Assembly: GCA_977862235.1 (NCBI GenBank)
Contig: OZ374563.1
Coordinates: 62,001 to 126,000, forward strand
Reading direction: 5' to 3'
Origin: Dudresnaya verticillata
Taxonomy: Eukaryota
Length of the DNA: 64,000 nucleotides
Shown: in pieces, positions 1 to 13,400 of the stretch
How positions within the stretch are numbered: position 1 is the first letter of the stretch
How the letters are laid out: each line of letters begins with the position of its first letter
Position numbers and translations under genes: made by a program
Notes under the pieces: generated by a model
Database searches by the model: none
What the model saw: only the letters and a program-made list of their open reading frames with translations
Told to the model about the DNA's origin: nothing

Positions 1-1789
1 TACCAGACCCAGCGCTCGAGCGCATGCGCTTCGGGTTGTCTGCAGGAGATGACGAAAGAGAGCTGCGGCGGCCGGTAAGTCTCCTGATAGGGCTGTCCTT
101 TCTCGAACCTGATTGATTGGAAGAATTCTGGATTTCGGACAGCTCACTGTCGTCCTTTCCGCGAGTAAGGACAATGTCCGTATCTTTCCCCACACGGCGC
201 CTGGCACCACGAGCGTCGCGGCTTGCGCGGCGCGTGGCGTGCTCAGGAGTATCCTGTTCATTTACGGCACGCTCAGGAGGGGTGCTTGATGGTGTACCCC
301 GGGGTGAAGACGGCCGTCATTTCGCGGCACGCTCAGGAGGGGTGCTTGATGGCGTACCCCGTCCTTTCGCGGCACGCTCAGGAGGGGTGCCTGACGGCGT
401 ACTCCGTCCTTTCGCCGCGCGCTCAGGAGTGGTGCTCGAGTGCGTGCCCTTTCTTTTCGCGGCCGCGCCGGAAGGGCATCCTGACTCTGTATCCCGTCCT
501 TTCGCGGCACGCTCAGGAGGGGCGCTTGAGTTGGTATTCTTGTCATTCGCGGTAGGATATGAAGGGCTACGTAAGGCTTCTGAAAACCCTGTGTTAGGAT
601 GAAACTTTTCCTTGCGCAACTTCCCCAGAACGGAAGTTATGCATGCCATCTGTTCATTGAAGACTTCAAACTCGTCGTAAAGTGATGTGTGATCCAAGGG
701 CCATGACATTGCAATGGAAGATGCTCAGAAACGTTGCTCATCGACTTCAAAATGTTGAACAGCAAGACGAGATGAAAGAGCATACTCCAGACCGATGAAA
801 GGATCTGATAGCAGATCGCTGATGCCGTTCTGGTCAGGACGTGATCGGGGACTCTCGATTCTTACGTCGGACCATAAGCTGTTGAAAGACGTAGCATCAG
901 GCCTAATGGAAACTGTGAGCCAGGCAAGGCGTTCGTGCATGGGCATGTCCTTGAACATGTATTCATTTCCATTTCCGTCGATGCCCAAGTAGACTTCTTC
1001 TGCCGCGAACTCTTCCAAGATACCGACCTTGTCATCTTCATGAAGAAAGGACAAGGTTGCTGTGGTCGTATCGCTAGTCCTGTTGCTGATGTCTTCCAAT
1101 AGCTGCAGCACTTTCATGGACAAAGTCCCGTACGGCTTGTGATCCTCGTGCAGAAAGCGTTCCAACCCCCCCAGGATTTGAACTACGGTCCTAGCCCTTC
1201 TTTTCTCTGGAAGTCTCGCCAGTGAAGATTGAAGAAGTTCTTCGTCGGTGGGGATACCAGCATCGTCGGCATACAAATGATCTTCGTGCGTAGCTGACAC
1301 GGGAGGATCGATAAACGTCACACGTCGACCTTGTCCCGTCCAAGGAGATCCTGCCGCACGTGCGTTTCCGGAAGCAGCGGGTCGCGACACACGGTCACAG
1401 TCCTGTGCATCCGCCACTGCAGTTTCAAGGTTGACGGACGATGACGCTCCATCGTTTGCAGGGAAAACCGGGGGGCGGTCCGCACTGATGAGCTGATGGT
1501 CTTCTACAGCGACGGCTTGAAGGCCTTCTTCAACCACTTCGCCATGCGGCGAGCTAGTCACCAGCGTCTTTCTGCTGGTCTGCGGCTCTTCATCTCCTAT
1601 CTCCTTGAGATTAATCGGCTTTCGAGCGAGTCTTCTCTTGACGCGAGGCCTTTTGGAGCTCTTCTTGATCGCTAGAAGCCTGTCTTCATCGCGCTTCATC
1701 CTCTCCTCGTATTCCAGATCCTCCTTGGCCGGGTCATCCGACGGCTCTTCGTTGACTTGACTGATGCCCAGCCTTCTCTTCTTCGCCAT
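1..1789 (-). pseudogene. Unknown protein gene G1 (basic/acidic N-terminus, helical domain, C-terminal peptide repeats), interrupted; probably runs off the left edge
   Basis: ORF 725..1789 (354 aa) is followed in frame, after a single TGA, by ORF 317..709, which enters the TPPERAAKGR repeats; no recognisable domain. Confidence 0.5.
262..525. repeat. ~48-bp tandem minisatellite (cgtcctttcgcggcacgctcaggaggggtgcttgatggcgtacccc), about 5-6 degenerate units
   Basis: Repeated GCGGCACGCTCAGGAGGGG visible directly; encodes TPPERAAKGR on the minus strand. Confidence 0.9.
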
Positions 1790-2808
1790 CCTTCCAAAAC
1801 TTCTCGCGACGCGATGTGCCCTCCGGCAGATGTGCGCACTCGAGGGCTGTGGCGCGCCGGCCGTGCAGAAAGCCTTGTCCGCGGAACGCTAGAGCGTGCG
1901 TCGGTTGAGGGTATTAAAATACCGCGATACGCGGACCCGCGGGTCCCCGGCGTCAACACGTACAGCAGGCCTGTCGAGCACCAGCGCAGGGAGGTCGTTG
2001 CTGCGGTAGTGATTCTGCCGAGGTGAGTAGGGGAGTGGACAGGGAAGAAGGATGACGGTGAGCGCCGAACGGAGCAGGGAGGAGAAGATATGGGTAGCGG
2101 CGCGGTGAATGTGTGTCGGGCACCTCGGTAGCGCGGTGACCGTGTAGTCCTGGCCTGAAATAGGCCTTCAGAACCGTGAAAATACCAGCTTCTGTACGAT
2201 GATGAACGCGCGTTCTCAACGGCAACCAGAGTTCCCACGGAAAAGATGCGCTGCGGGCGGTTCCTCGACACGCACATGGCGCTTCTCGTTCCGCACAAAG
2301 AATGTTTTTTGAGTCTTTCTTGGACTCTGACCTTCAGATGCGAAAGAGAATGCCTAAACAGTGGCCCTACAGCGCGCATGAAAGGTCCAATATGCTGCAA
2401 ATGTATTGGACGTTGAGACTTAATGTAAAATATTCCAGTTTTCATTCATGGAGCAGACACATGAAGGTGTTGATGTAAGCACCCGCTTCGTGCGACATGG
2501 CCTGGTACGCGCACGGGTGGGCTGGGCCATTTTGACACATCCTTGCACAGACAATGATCAGTGTTGGGTATCCAGAAGTAAACCATGCTCACTCAAATGT
2601 AAGAAGATGGGAAACGACAGCAATCTAATAACAGTGGTCCTCTGTCAAGAGGAAAACATGGCAGTTTGTGATGAAATGAATGTTCTCAGTTCGGAGAAGC
2701 GGAATCAGTACTGATTCCACTTTTCTGAACTTCGCTGAACATGATCCGGAAAGCGCAGATTGCTCTAAGTAGATGACAATCTAGGTTGTACTGCTGTACA
2801 TCTGTACA

Positions 2809-3049
2809 GATGAAAGGACGACATTCACTGATGAAAGGACGACATTCAAATAATGAAAGGACGACATTCAGTGATCACTGAAACGACGGAATTTAGTAAT
2901 GAAAGGACGGCCTTCAGTACTGAAACGATGAAACGACGAAATTCAGTGATGAAAGGACGGCCCTCAGTGCTGAAACGACATCGTTTTTATGATTAAATGC
3001 CTTCCTCGAGTGATGAAAAGACGATTTTCAATGCAGAAAAATTTCCGTG
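2809..3049. repeat. GAAAGGACG motif array (~21-bp period) ending in a candidate transposon terminus CCGTG (3045-3049)
   Basis: TGAAAGGACGACATTCA x3 plus TGAAACGACG/GAAAAGACG variants, all in one orientation. Confidence 0.8.
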
Positions 3050-3453
3050 CTTGCAGTAGGTACTAAGAAGGCAAGGACAAGGTCGAGAAGAAATGCAATT
3101 GAACTTCTTGTAAACATTTACATGCGAAGTCTGCTATACTTCAGCAGCAAGACGTAGAGAACGCTGTCCTATACATTGTAACTTTCCACAAATGATCATT
3201 TGTAATGTCGACATTCGTAATGTCGACATTACGCCTTACCTTGCTAAACCTCATCTCTAATAATGTTCTCATCACGAAGTCGATAAAGCTTGCCCTTGTT
3301 CTCCTTCTCTGTAAACCACTGGTACTGGTAGAAATGACCTCTTTCTCGGGTAAAAGCAATTTCCCCGTGGATATTGAGGGATAAGTCTGCTTTGCCTGAC
3401 GGAATGAAAAGTGTTTTCGGGTGCAAAGTTGTGTTGCTTTCCACGGCAAGGGA

Positions 3454-4467
3454 TTATTGGTGTTCACGAGACAATCCATGAACTAATCGCAATTCAGACG
3501 CACTGGGTTCCATGACCGTGAGGTCGCCACGAATCACCATTATGCTGTATGGTGGAATTATAACAAGCCGCGAAGCAACACAGCCAAGCATAAGTTCCCT
3601 AGTCTTCTTGCACTTCGTGTTTCGGTAGATGTGTGATCCTGGCCACACGCGCAGTACCGTGGGTTGATGGCCAGTGAACTTAACTGTGACGTTTGAGATA
3701 AACGGCGAGTCCGCATACACGGGCAACCTCGGCGAGGAGTACTGACTCCAGTCAGGAGTCCAACCAGGAGAAGGCGGCGCAAACTTCGTGTGGGGGAATG
3801 TCCGCATGAAACTGCACCCCATACTGATGAGATGAGACCCGTTCAAAGGCATGTACATATGGTTATCATCGAACTGAAGGCCGAGGCTGGAAGGGAAGGA
3901 TGCTATGTATGTGTCCACAAATACTTTCGCCCGGAAAGCTTGTTCAGCATCGTTTCGGGAGTACTCTCCTTCATCGCTGTCCCGAGTAGACGCATCTCCA
4001 TGTTGCTGATTGCTGGATTCCGCTCTTGTACAAAACCACATGTTTGAGCTCTTGAACCATAGGTTTCTCTTGGCAACTTCTGGGTCCTTATCCCAATCCT
4101 TGGCACATGATACCTCGACACCCTCACCTTTGTACATGATTTGGGTCCATGGATGCTTCAACTCAAGCTCGAGTGAGTTCAATCCATACTTCTGAGCTTC
4201 TTGTCGACCGGGCACTTTCGCAAGGTCGAAAGCGGTCTGCATGAAAGACATGTAAGTGTCAATTGTGGAACTCAGACCTCCGCCGGCACCTCTGGAAAAC
4301 GCGCCGGAGTCAATTACAAACCCATCGCCTTGAAGGCGTTCGTGCAATACACGGAAATGGCACCTGCTGTTTTCGGTTCCGGCGTCCACATGCCAACCGA
4401 GTACTCGCGTTCCAGCCATGTTCTTCAAAGGAACATCCATATCACTTCCAGCAAAGAGTATTGCCAT
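3454..4467 (-). CDS. PhyH-like / 2OG-Fe(II) dioxygenase-fold protein with degenerate metal ligands (G2)
   Basis: 337-aa ORF with FPHTKF (HxD/E site), LRVWPGSH and VIIPPYSIMVIRGDL, matching the order of DSBH motifs in PhyH-type enzymes; recognised by eye, no search run. Confidence 0.5.
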   Translation of the reverse strand: MAILFAGSDMDVPLKNMAGTRVLGWHVDAGTENSRCHFRVLHERLQGDGFVIDSGAFSRGAGGGLSSTIDTYMSFMQTAFDLAKVPGRQEAQKYGLNSLELELKHPWTQIMYKGEGVEVSCAKDWDKDPEVAKRNLWFKSSNMWFCTRAESSNQQHGDASTRDSDEGEYSRNDAEQAFRAKVFVDTYIASFPSSLGLQFDDNHMYMPLNGSHLISMGCSFMRTFPHTKFAPPSPGWTPDWSQYSSPRLPVYADSPFISNVTVKFTGHQPTVLRVWPGSHIYRNTKCKKTRELMLGCVASRLVIIPPYSIMVIRGDLTVMEPSASELRLVHGLSREHQ

Positions 4468-4750
4468 GTTGATCTGAGCTATGTCGTTCCACTCTAGGTA
4501 GTTGCAATATCGTGACCTTTCGTTGATCCCAACTGGCAGTATTTCAATACCCCCACTTTAATCGCAAAGGGGTTGAACACGGTACGGTCGATGGCAACAG
4601 GGGTGTTTTTATTTTGCGATTCCCGAATCTCTCCTTCTTGAACGACTTGGAAGGTCGATGATATGGAGCGAGTGGCCTTGACACTACGAGTTTCATCCCT
4701 GCCTCTTCAAGAAGCTCCATATCCCGATCTGCAGGTCCACCGCTTTCTTT

Positions 4751-7249
4751 TCACCCGTTTGATTGCTGGGAAGTACGGGTTACATCGCCCACTTCCCTTT
4801 GCGATATCTGCCCTGCACGTTCAAGACGTTCCCCTGACACGGCATTGTCACCTTTATGCAAGGTCCTGACTCCACGAATTTTGCGCCGCGCTGTAGGGTT
4901 ACGAGACTCTGGAGGGCTCTCCACTCGCTTGACAACGTTCAGGCATGAAGACCCATCATCACCTTCACCATCAGTACCATCTGACACCCTATTGTCTGAT
5001 CCTTGCACGCCTGCATCGGATGAAAGGTCCACTTCCGGCAAGTCGTCCAAACTCTGTGCGGGAGAGTTTTCCAATGCGGGTGAGTCGGAAACCGATTTTT
5101 CTTCCACTACACCCTCCTCCACGGGCTGTGGCAGGCGACGTGACCCCTGAGCTTCTGATCCTCTCACTGCCCCAGGGGTTGAAACGATCGTTTCAACTTC
5201 TTGATTCCTCCCGTTTCCGAGAGGAGCGACATCAAAAAGCTCTGTAGAATTGTCTTCTCCTGGTATTTTTGCAATGTGCTCGGTTGACTTCAGAAGTATC
5301 CTTTCCTCAGCACGCTTACGTCGACGTCGCTCACGTTCCTTACTTTTCGTAAGATGCTCCATATCAGGGTATAAATTTCTGAACATCGCAGTGATTCGTA
5401 TGTCAACAGAAGTGTCGGAAGCATCGGAATCTGATTCTGTGTCTTGCTCGAGATATTCGACTAGCTGTTGGTGACTTTGCTCCATCAACCTTTCCCTCTG
5501 CTTTCTTCGTAGCTCTTCAATCCCTTTCGGTGGGAATGTCTTCATCGCTCGAGGCTTCTTACGACGACGTCCCTTGGTAGCCCCTTCTTTGTTTATAGCG
5601 GCATATCGCAAAAGTTTTTCTTGTTCTTCCTGCGACATCCTCTTGACTGTCCTTCGCATACCTCTCGGATTGCTAACCTCACCTTCTGTTATTCTTTTCC
5701 ATACTTCGCTAGCTGTTTCAATCTGGGGTGACCTCGACCGTCCGGCAGGCCTGCGCAAGGTTGGAACTGGACGGTCTTCTTGTTCAGAATCGCTAGTAAA
5801 GATCACGGGAGTACGTCGATCTCGCTTGCGCTTCAGTCTCTTGAGCTGTACGGTACCTTCTGATGGTTCCTGAAGTCTATTCCCTTTAGATGGTGAAAGG
5901 ATGCTTTCCCCGTCATCTTGTTCTTGGGATGGTAAAATAGTGCCTTCCCCATCAATGATGATATCTTCTTCTTGATTCGACCTTTTGTCACATCGACCTG
6001 TTGATCTAAGAACGCGATGTGAAGTACGATGTTGGCCTTCCCCTTCGTGGACATGCAATTAATTCGTGTCCGCACGGGGTACATCCTTGCACTAACTTCC
6101 GGAACCGGAATCAGCAGGTTGGGAAGCAGTACTTGAACTATCCTTTCCGATGTTGCCGTGAGGGGTTTGCACATTGCTGCTGCGCTCGACCGGCTGCTGA
6201 ACAGTAGCGTTACCGTTGGATCCTCGTTGGGATACAGGTGCACCTGTGTTCCGTCCTCGGGTTGTTCCTCGGTTCCCCTTCGACGCTCCAACACTATTAC
6301 CTCGATTGCTGGGAGTAGCTGCCTTAGAACCTCGTCCTTTCTCCAAACCCTTCTCAGCTTGGCACTCTTGCGTCGCTCTTCTCCCTACTCCTCCAGCTGC
6401 CTCACCGTCGACCTTATATTTATCGCAATCGCTTCTCATGGCTTTGGATAATATGGCCCGGCAAGACAATGTCTTGTGCAGTCCAGACCTCGTCATTGCC
6501 GCCATCTGAAAACGAATCCTGTTGGACAATGAGTCGTGGGATTGCCCTTTCCATCAAAGCCTTCAGTTGTATCATTTGGCTTTCTTCCGCTCCGTTCGAT
6601 GAAGCGTTGGCGGTTTGGGAGAGTTCCAGACTTTTGCCTATTTCCGCAAGGATGCCAAGTATACCGCCATCAATATGGGCAGGACCCATTCTGAACTTTC
6701 CGTTCACCCAAATGCGATTGCGAACTTCATTTCGCTCGTGTAGGATCTGGTTGCAGTGCTCGACGAGGCTCTTAATTGACTCAACGAACCGTCGGACGAA
6801 CAAAGCCTGCCATTCCTTTTGCGATTTTCCGACCTTTCCACCATGCACCTTGTTGACGTTGCGAGCAGCACGGCAATCTTCTCAAGACTGCCGCAATCGT
6901 GGAATTTGTGGCACTTGAACAACTCGTACACAATCGCGAAGCCGTCTTCGCATTCGACTAACCGCATGTAGAGTTCAAACGCCCGCTGCATTTCCTCGCC
7001 AACCATGGAATGCGCTGTATCGAAGTAGATGCTCTTGGTAGTACGCGACGCGGTATGAAAACCCAGATCCACTTCTTTACCCTCTACAACAGCCTTGATA
7101 GGGCCCACTTCGCTTGCAAACAGATCGTATAGCTTGGACTTGTTATCCAACTTGACTTGAAAGGATCGGAAATTCCGAGCATGAAGAAACTCGCGCAACA
7201 TCCTTATAACCACGCGCTTCATTGCGTTTCCACGCTGCGTGCGCTTCAT
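4751..7249 (-). pseudogene. Large frameshifted gene of unknown function (G3); helical N-terminus, long charged low-complexity C-terminus
   Basis: Chain of overlapping minus-strand ORFs 6704..7249, 6420..6848, 6092..6529, 5833..6294 and 4751..6058 with protein-like composition. Confidence 0.55.
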
Positions 7250-8829
7250 TGTCCAGCTGAGTTACAGGGACCGGCCTGATAGGACAGGTTGATCGCTTGA
7301 GATGGAAGTATATTGACGAGGGGAAGCAGTCTCCCAAGTGAGGGTACGACTGTGGGAATAGCCTTCAAGGTCCGGCTCTTGCGAAGAAAGGTTGGAGTCG
7401 AAACTCTACACGCCTGTGTGGGAAGCTTGATGCGCCTTGCCGTGGCACCGCGGACGCGTGAAAGCGGCGAAAGGAGGTTATGAGAGGCGCTGAAGAACGT
7501 CTCCCCTGCCGTCGCGCTTCTCGCCAACTCGGGTGTCGGACAAGCGCAACACCGCGAGCTGTTGTTGCGATTCTCTTCAATCTGGCCTTTTGGCTTTTCC
7601 ACGATGTACCGCGACCTTTCGATTTTCGCGAGGGCTTGTCGACAGATCTGTGCTCGAGCAACGGGCGCCGGCAGTGCGCTGATATTGTTCGCAAAAATAT
7701 GCAAAAACGAGTACATCTGCCGTACAGTTGACAGCAGCTGCTGTAGTAGTACAGTGTACACTGTGCGTTGGCAGCTTTGCGATTTGAAATGTCGCCCTTC
7801 CGTTGGCGCTGTCGACAGCGTATTACAGCGAACAGGGTTCGGGCAGAAATGTGGGTTGCAGAGGCTTCCGATTCCGGCTACCCCATCAGTGACCAGCTGC
7901 TTCGCAGGCCTGTACCACGACATGGACACTCTGCATGCAAATGAACAAGTACTATTTTTGATTGAAAATGCAAACGAACCCTAAGTGTCTCTACCGCTCG
8001 ATACAGGTATGCACGTGCATGCATGCACTGCAGTGCGATTAGAACGGGACATGTCCGACCTCACATACTCTCTCTGGGGAACGCGCCCTCGTTCGCCAGG
8101 TGATATCTTGGACGTACTCCCCAATATTATATATAAAATCAATGGGCCAAAGGCATTTGTACATATCTGCATGGCGCAAGACTACCGAATGCATCCAGCT
8201 TCTCAACCACCTTTCTTCCGCCACTCGGGCGCGTCCAGAGCCCAAAATGTACCTAGGGCTGCTCCAATGCATCGGATGCGTATTGGATGCGTTGGATGCA
8301 GATGCATTAGATGCGCATCGCGGCCCCGAAGCAGGACATTGCTTACTAACCGTCAAGAATCTAGAGTCCTTACGGCTGCAACCGTACCAAGTTACACGGA
8401 GAGCTCTATCCAATTTTGTTAACATAACCCCACTGAAAGGATGTGATTTGCATTGCTCATAAATGTACTGAAAGGATGCGATTAGTACAATATTGAACAA
8501 ATGCACTGAAAATCACTGCGAGGATGATCTTGTTAAGTATACTGACTCACTACAGTGCATATAGTATACTATATATAGTGAAAGGAGACACTGCAGTGCG
8601 TTTACGTCATGAAGTGTAACCAGAAATTGGTAGTTGCAGAACAGAAAGGATGAACTGGAGTTCCAAAGAAGATATATATATGTATCTAGACATATCTCCA
8701 ATTTACCGTTTTATATGATAAATTCGGTACTGGTATTGAACCTTTAGGAAGTCTGAAAGGGTGAATTGAATTCAATCTACCTTTAAGGGTACTAAGGAGA
8801 TGATAAAATATGTTATAAGAAACGAAAAC

Positions 8830-9230
8830 AGAATGGACTGCAAGGAATTGAGCAGAGGATCCTTTCAGTAGTAAAAGAATACTTTAGTACTGAACCGACT
8901 CATGCTTTTACTACGTACTAAAGAAAGGACTATTCAATACTGAATGGACTATTCGTTATAAAGACTATAGTCTTAGTCCTTTCAGTACCGACTATATTCA
9001 GTTACAACTATAGTTGGACTATAGTCCTTTCAGTATTAAGTGCTGAATAATACTTTAGCACTGGTCCTTTTGGTATACTGAATTCAGCATTGGTCCTTTC
9101 AGAAGGAATATCCTTTCAGAAGGACTAATACTGAGTTCAATACTAGTCCTTTCGGTACTAAAGTATTCTTTCAGGGCCCTGACTCTTAACAGTCTGAAAT
9201 GTCAGTACTGAGGGATGAATTCAAAAGTAC
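8830..9230. repeat. AT-rich array of GTCCTTTCAGTA / AAGGACTA motifs between divergent genes G3 and G4
   Basis: Many copies of gtcctttc(a/g)gta, aaggacta and gactatag in both orientations. Confidence 0.75.
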
Positions 9231-10458
9231 TAGTAAGACATCTAACTGAAGTGCAGTTCTTTTCAAGAAAATAACTGCAATTAAGTTCTAAATGGTTACA
9301 ATGACAGGCCGTTTTTGGCCACACCTTTCACCCCGGTGCTTTCCGAAAGAATGTGATGATTGGTTCTAAGAAGATGATCACCACTGGCCAGTACGTAGTG
9401 GATGTTTCAGTACACTGAAAGGATGGCCATCCCGGGGGACCAAGGATGGCCTCCGGGGGACCTATCCTTTCACATGTGAACGAATTTCCATGCAACTAGT
9501 GCATGCCAGGAATAAACAATTGTCGACAACCTTTGCCCGGGCATGCGCGGGCAGGCATGATATTGTAGCATATGCTAAACTTTAGATCGACTGGAGTCGA
9601 GACACCCTTTCCGGGGACATCGTCGACATGTCGTTGCAACGCACATCGTCGTTGAGTCCTCAACCAGATGCATCTCAGCGTCTCCTTCATTGCTGACTAG
9701 TTAATATTCCTGTCATGCTAACACGGCTGCCAGCCAAGTTGAGCCCGGGGTCACAGCGTTGACGCTGTGGCTCCACTAAATAGGGCTCTATGACCTCAAT
9801 ATATGCACATATGTGCACAGGGTGCCCCGTGAAGCGCTCGTGACGGACATCTCCGATGTAATTCAAAGGCGTACTGGGCATCCAGATCTGATATGCCAGG
9901 TCGCGGCTGCAACCATGGCATAAATCACCCAGTCCCACGGTTTCCCGCGCAAAGTTTAGCAGCAGTAAACGTATTCAACGCAGGATAGTTACTGTAACGT
10001 CGTTGTTTCACTGGACGCAAAACTCCTACAAATCAGTATTGGAAGTAAAAAGTCCTGTCTGCAATCAGTTCCTGCATGTCAGGACCGGTGCCAGAAACGG
10101 TACATCCTTTCTGTCGATGTATTATCAACCTCGATCATGTTCCGGTAATATTTCAGAAGAAAACAACGACGATAGTCCATACACCAGAGGTTTTCAAACC
10201 AGGCCGGCCTGTCGACACGGACTAGTGTTGAAAAGGGCAACAATGTGGTGCTGCGAGCTTGCGCCAAGGTTTACGATTTCTCGAGAAATCTTGAGCCCTA
10301 CAGCGTTACAAAGGGTCTGTTTCTCACGATATTGAAGGAAGAAGTCGAATACAACTCGAGCCGAGTTCCGATCGGGAGGAGCATCAATACAAGGCTTTCT
10401 TCGTTTCCACCTCCACCGGCGTCGCTGGATTTCAACACGGATCTACCACAACAGCAAC

Positions 10459-13400
10459 GTGTATCGATCAAGTTCTTGCCACCTCTCCAGTGATCGTGAA
10501 AGGATGGAATCTCGAATACCACCCCACTTTAATAATCACAGCGAACTCTCCGAAGTTCTACTGGAGCTTCACCGTCGATGTACGGGTCCTGATGTTGAAG
10601 TCAACAACGAAATTATCACATGTGTGGTATCCACAGTTCAACGCCTTCTTGGCGTGAAAGTTCCCCTGGCGTTACAGCACAGGTTCACAACGGTTCTCCT
10701 TTTCTTTGGGCCCTTACGGATGAGATCAGCACTGTCTAGGTACCCGCATGCCTCGATTTTTAGGATGAAAGGATGGCTTCTATTCGCTGTTAGTGAAGGA
10801 AAAAGAAGGCTATACAACCTTTTATTCTTGAAAAGACTTGTTCTCGTGGTTAGGGAGGAGACTACGGGAAGTCCCGCACGTCCATCTCTATGCAAGGGTT
10901 TCGTTCGCGAGTTTGTCCGGATTGATCCTGCCGGCAGAAAGTGCATTCTGACATTCGCGGTTAGCCTTCTGGGAATTTTTTCTACCATTGAGGACATCAG
11001 AAGGGGAAGGAACGAAAACGGAAAGTATGGGCACTGTGGAAACATAATAATTGGTCTGCAGGAGCCCCTCGACGTCCCGAAGTTTAGACAGATTGGTCAT
11101 GGAGTAACATTACGATTCGGATCAGCAACATTTGAAGACACGGGGGACCACTTAATTGGAAATGTCGGCGTATTGAAGGAAGTCGAAAAGCTTCTGAAGT
11201 GCTTCATGACAGATGTAGTCGCTGGTAAACAGGCGAAAACGGCTAGAGATTACCATAGGCGATGTGGACTCCTCGAAGGTGTCTGGAGAGTGACAGACGG
11301 AGATATTGGGATTCAATTCGCCACGAATGCAGGAAGACGGATCGGAAAGGAGATTCTTTTAAGACTTCGGACAGCAAAAAACATTGCAAACCCCAATCTT
11401 GCACATACGTTCAGCCCTCCATCCGCCTACGCGAATGATGTATCCAGAAAGTCAGCAAGTCAATTCGAAACTTTCCTTCAAGGGTGCTATTTTGCTATCA
11501 CAAGTGGTTTTGAAGAAAGTGGCACGAACATGACTAACCTAGGGATCTATGCGGACCAGTGGGTCCAGAGTGTTTTGCAGGAGAGTGCTGGGAATTTCAA
11601 AGAACACATTGAGGGTAACGTTCGCGCAAGCGCATCCAGGGTTGATGTGAATCAAGATGTTTCGATACCGCTTCACAAAGAAGGGCGTGTATACGAGCAT
11701 CCTTCCACTCCTGCAAGTTTTGCAGCACAATTTACGGCCCACCAATTGGCATCTAGGGGGTCATTTCATTTTGCACAACCACCGGTTCCGATAATTGCAC
11801 CACAGCCTTTCAGTAATATTGCTGCTGGTTTGTGTAGCCATCCTTGCATTGGAAATTCTAGTGTTCATCCTTTCATCATGGAGGATGTCGACTACTGCAT
11901 CGGCCAGAATTACGATAGGAACATGGAAGGGCACGGGCCAGCGAAGCAAACAGTTACGATGTCAACATTGCCGATACGGAATGATGGACAAGGTTTCCTT
12001 CAACAATTCGTTGCACCGCCTTCTGAGAATGCCATTTTTCCTGGTGCTCGTCATGTCCGATTTACCGGACCGCGTCGGGAAACTTTTTTGATCGCCAGTG
12101 AGTCGAGTTCAAGTGGTCTCTCCTTCATTAAGTCTGATTCGCATTTGCGGACGCAAGGATGCAACTCACAGCTCGATCTGTGGATACCTAGCGCACCGGA
12201 TCTAGGTGACTGCATTGTTCCCATCGTGCCATGTCGAGAAATCTGTGCAGATACTGATCCCCTCACATTTTTATGCGATGTGGCTCTGGGAGAAACGAAT
12301 CCACTCTCAAATCTCTGTGATACCGCCCTTTCGAACGAGTTCTCTCTTAGTTGTAAGCTTTCAGACAGTGAGTTCCTTCGCAACAGGACTACGACCTTTA
12401 CTGCGCAAGGACATCGATTTCCTTGCGCAGTAAATGATAATGTATGTTCATTGGGCCATTCTTCAACAGGCGAACACATCGAAAAAGAAGTTCCATCATG
12501 CCAAAAGCATTTGATGCTGTAGATGATATTCAAACTGGTGGAAATAGAGATGGACAGCGCAATTTTGTTACACAACAGAGCCCCCACGATATGTTGTGCG
12601 ACAGGGCGGAGCTTGCTGATGATACAAGCCCAAATATACAGACTATTACATGCAATTCTGCAAGGATGCTTACTTCTTGTGAACAAACAAGAGATTCTCC
12701 TGCAGGCAAGGACGAAACCACGCCAACGGGACAGGATCTGTCGCATCCTTCCCCACAAGGACACCAAAAAGGTTCTGATTTGACATTCCCAAGCAGTATC
12801 TCCATGCAAATAACTATTCAGGAGCAGTATAAACAGACCAGTCATCTGGCCCAAAAAGAGGTCAGTGTTATGCATACTCAATCGGGACGACGCTCAAGGC
12901 AAAACCTCCATTTGTCCGCAGCAGATCCAGGTGAAGATGATGCCCCATATCCAAATGGACCTGCATTGGGTGTCTGCAAAACTTACTCTGAGTCAGGAAA
13001 GGGTGTAAAACATTATCCTTTCCCAGTATTTGCGAAACATATCCGAGACGGGGATAGGAGGCCAGGAGATTCAACTAGTTCCCGCAACAGACTACTGGAT
13101 ACAAGTGCCGATGAGAGGGTTATGTCATCGCTCTCACGATTTGGTAGACTCGAAATCCTGGACGTCCTCAAGGAAAACAACATATCACCAGCATCCATCC
13201 TGGAAGTAATGGAACTACTGCGGAACACGGACTCCCGCACGAAGGCGCAAGATTTCGCTCAATTGTGGAAAAGAGATATCCGATACGCCGTCCTGAATAT
13301 GTTCACGGAACCACCAGGTCAAACTTCGGACGACATAGATGCTGAAAGAAGGACAGGACCGGAGGTGCAAGTCCTTGGAGCTGGTCGTCGAATAACACGG

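Noticed and set aside
2809..3030. CRISPR-like look of short repeated units (also 15461-15849)
   Set aside because: No unique spacers, units are tandem or degenerate, no cas genes, eukaryotic context
2236..3049. CACGGAAA...TTTCCGTG as TIRs of an 814-bp MITE
   Set aside because: Only 8 bp match, no TSD and no motif array at the left end
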